From Candidatus Latescibacterota bacterium (GTDB lineage Bacteria; Latescibacterota; UBA2968): 64,000 bases of DNA. The stretch covers positions 1,408,001 to 1,472,000 of the forward strand of contig OZ242010.1 in NCBI GenBank assembly GCA_965204745.1, read 5' to 3'. The notes below the pieces were generated by a model. That model did not search any database and was not told where the DNA came from. It saw nothing but the letters and a program-made list of their open reading frames with translations. Every line of letters starts with the position of its first letter. The first letter of the stretch is position 1. The translations under genes and the position numbers were made by a program. Positions 62,601 through 64,000 of this stretch are shown here, one piece after another.

Positions 62601-64000
62601 CCGCTCCCCTCACGGATGTAAGGGGAGATGCGTTTCGAGATTCCCAGACCCGGGGGGCGTGCCGGCTGTTTCAATCCGCTCCCCTCACGGATGTAAGGGG
62701 AGATCGCGGGGCCGTCTGGGCGCACCAACATCGCGGATGTTTCAATCCGCTCCCCTCACGGATGTAAGGGGAGATTCCCGCGAGCATCGACGGATCGGCG
62801 TACCTGGTGCCGGTTTCAATCCGCTCCCCTCACGGATGTAAGGGGAGATACAGCGGGGCAACTCGACAGCATGATCCCCGTCGAGTTTCAATCCGCTCCC
62901 CTCACGGATGTAAGGGGAGATAGATTCAGATCCCGCACAGGATGTGATCGCGATGAAGTTTCAATCCGCTCCCCTCACGGATGTAAGGGGAGATTGGGTT
63001 GGGTGCGATAGAAAGCAAGTACATCCAAGTTTCAATCCGCTCCCCTCACGGATGTAAGGGGAGATAAATGCCCCGGCCTGATGAGGCCAGAGAGGGCCGA
63101 GTTTCAATCCGCTCCCCTCACGGATGTAAGGGGAGATCGCGCACGCAATATGTGTGACCGAGATCGCGGCAAAGTTTCAATCCGCTCCCCTCACGGATGT
63201 AAGGGGAGATCGCCCCGCAAATTTCGTACACGCGCTTGAGATCGCGGTTTCAATCCGCTCCCCTCACGGATGTAAGGGGAGATAAAATGGCTGGATTCGT
63301 ACTCATCAGTCGGCTGCTGTTTCAATCCGCTCCCCTCACGGATGTAAGGGGAGATAAGACGCGGATCAAACGGACGGCGACGCGGACCAAACGGTTTCAA
63401 TCCGCTCCCCTCACGGATGTAAGGGGAGATATCACGGGTCGGCCGGTACTTGGCATCCTCACTTCCAAGTTTCAATCCGCTCCCCTCACGGATGTAAGGG
63501 GAGATATGAGACTCGCCCTTTCCGAAGACCTTGTGAGCATTGTTTCAATCCGCTCCCCTCACGGATGTAAGGGGAGATCGCCACAATGCGATCCGACTCC
63601 CACTGGCCAGACGCGAGGTTTCAATCCGCTCCCCTCACGGATGTAAGGGGAGATACAACAGGCCCGAAAAGCTGATGATGCCACCCAAAGTTTCAATCCG
63701 CTCCCCTCACGGATGTAAGGGGAGATAAACAGGCGCGCCGTCTCCGCATTGACAATGGCATGTTTCAATCCGCTCCCCTCACGGATGTAAGGGGAGATGA
63801 TGCCTCACAACCGCCGCCTTCGCCTTCTCCTCGGTTTCAATCCGCTCCCCTCACGGATGTAAGGGGAGATTTGGCCTGCAAGTCCAAGATGCACCTGAAC
63901 GACGCCCGTTTCAATCCGCTCCCCTCACGGATGTAAGGGGAGATCAAGGCGGGGTCGATTTGAGCGAATCGGACCCCATCGTTTCAATCCGCTCCCCTCA
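50657..64000 (-). CRISPR. Very long CRISPR array, about 185-190 repeats, continuing past the window end
   Basis: 37-nt repeat GTTTCAATCCGCTCCCCTCACGGATGTAAGGGGAGAT (reverse complement ends ATTGAAAC, internal hairpin); spacers ~33-37 nt; degenerate repeats at the left (trailer) end; count estimated from the ~71-nt period. Confidence 0.98.

Noticed and set aside
50744-63768. Many ORFs with FQSAPLTDVRGD / VSIRSPHGCKGR units
   Set aside because: Translations of the CRISPR repeat, not genes
50694-63980. Self-targeting spacers against genes in this window
   Set aside because: None noticed by eye; a BLAST search is needed to exclude them

Overview
GC-rich bacterial DNA with many repeats and IS elements. 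The first ~18 kb is a tandem array of nine GT-C-fold membrane glycosyltransferase genes from four paralog families (order A-B-C-A-B-A-D-A-D, last copy frameshifted at a T9 tract), bracketed by two apparently identical, inverted IS110 elements. A third, truncated IS110 lies at ~25 kb. The IS110 left ends carry readable bridge RNAs: their target and donor guides match the actual junctions, and the third copy has a different target loop that matches its different insertion site. The middle holds a large secreted NHL/FG-GAP protein, IS982 and IS5 elements sitting in heptamer repeats, a MITE-like family, REP-like palindromes, and housekeeping or metabolic genes (FKBP PPIase, polA, GNAT, PHP/EndoQ-UvrD fusion, uxuA, TMTC-like TPR glycosyltransferase, PhyH, iorA, trpF, trpC). 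The last 13.3 kb is the trailer part of a very long CRISPR array (37-nt repeat, roughly 185-190 units, probably type I and transcribed on the minus strand, no cas genes in the window). It contains re-acquired spacers and one spacer carrying a hammerhead-ribozyme core. All calls come from reading motifs by eye; no searches were run.
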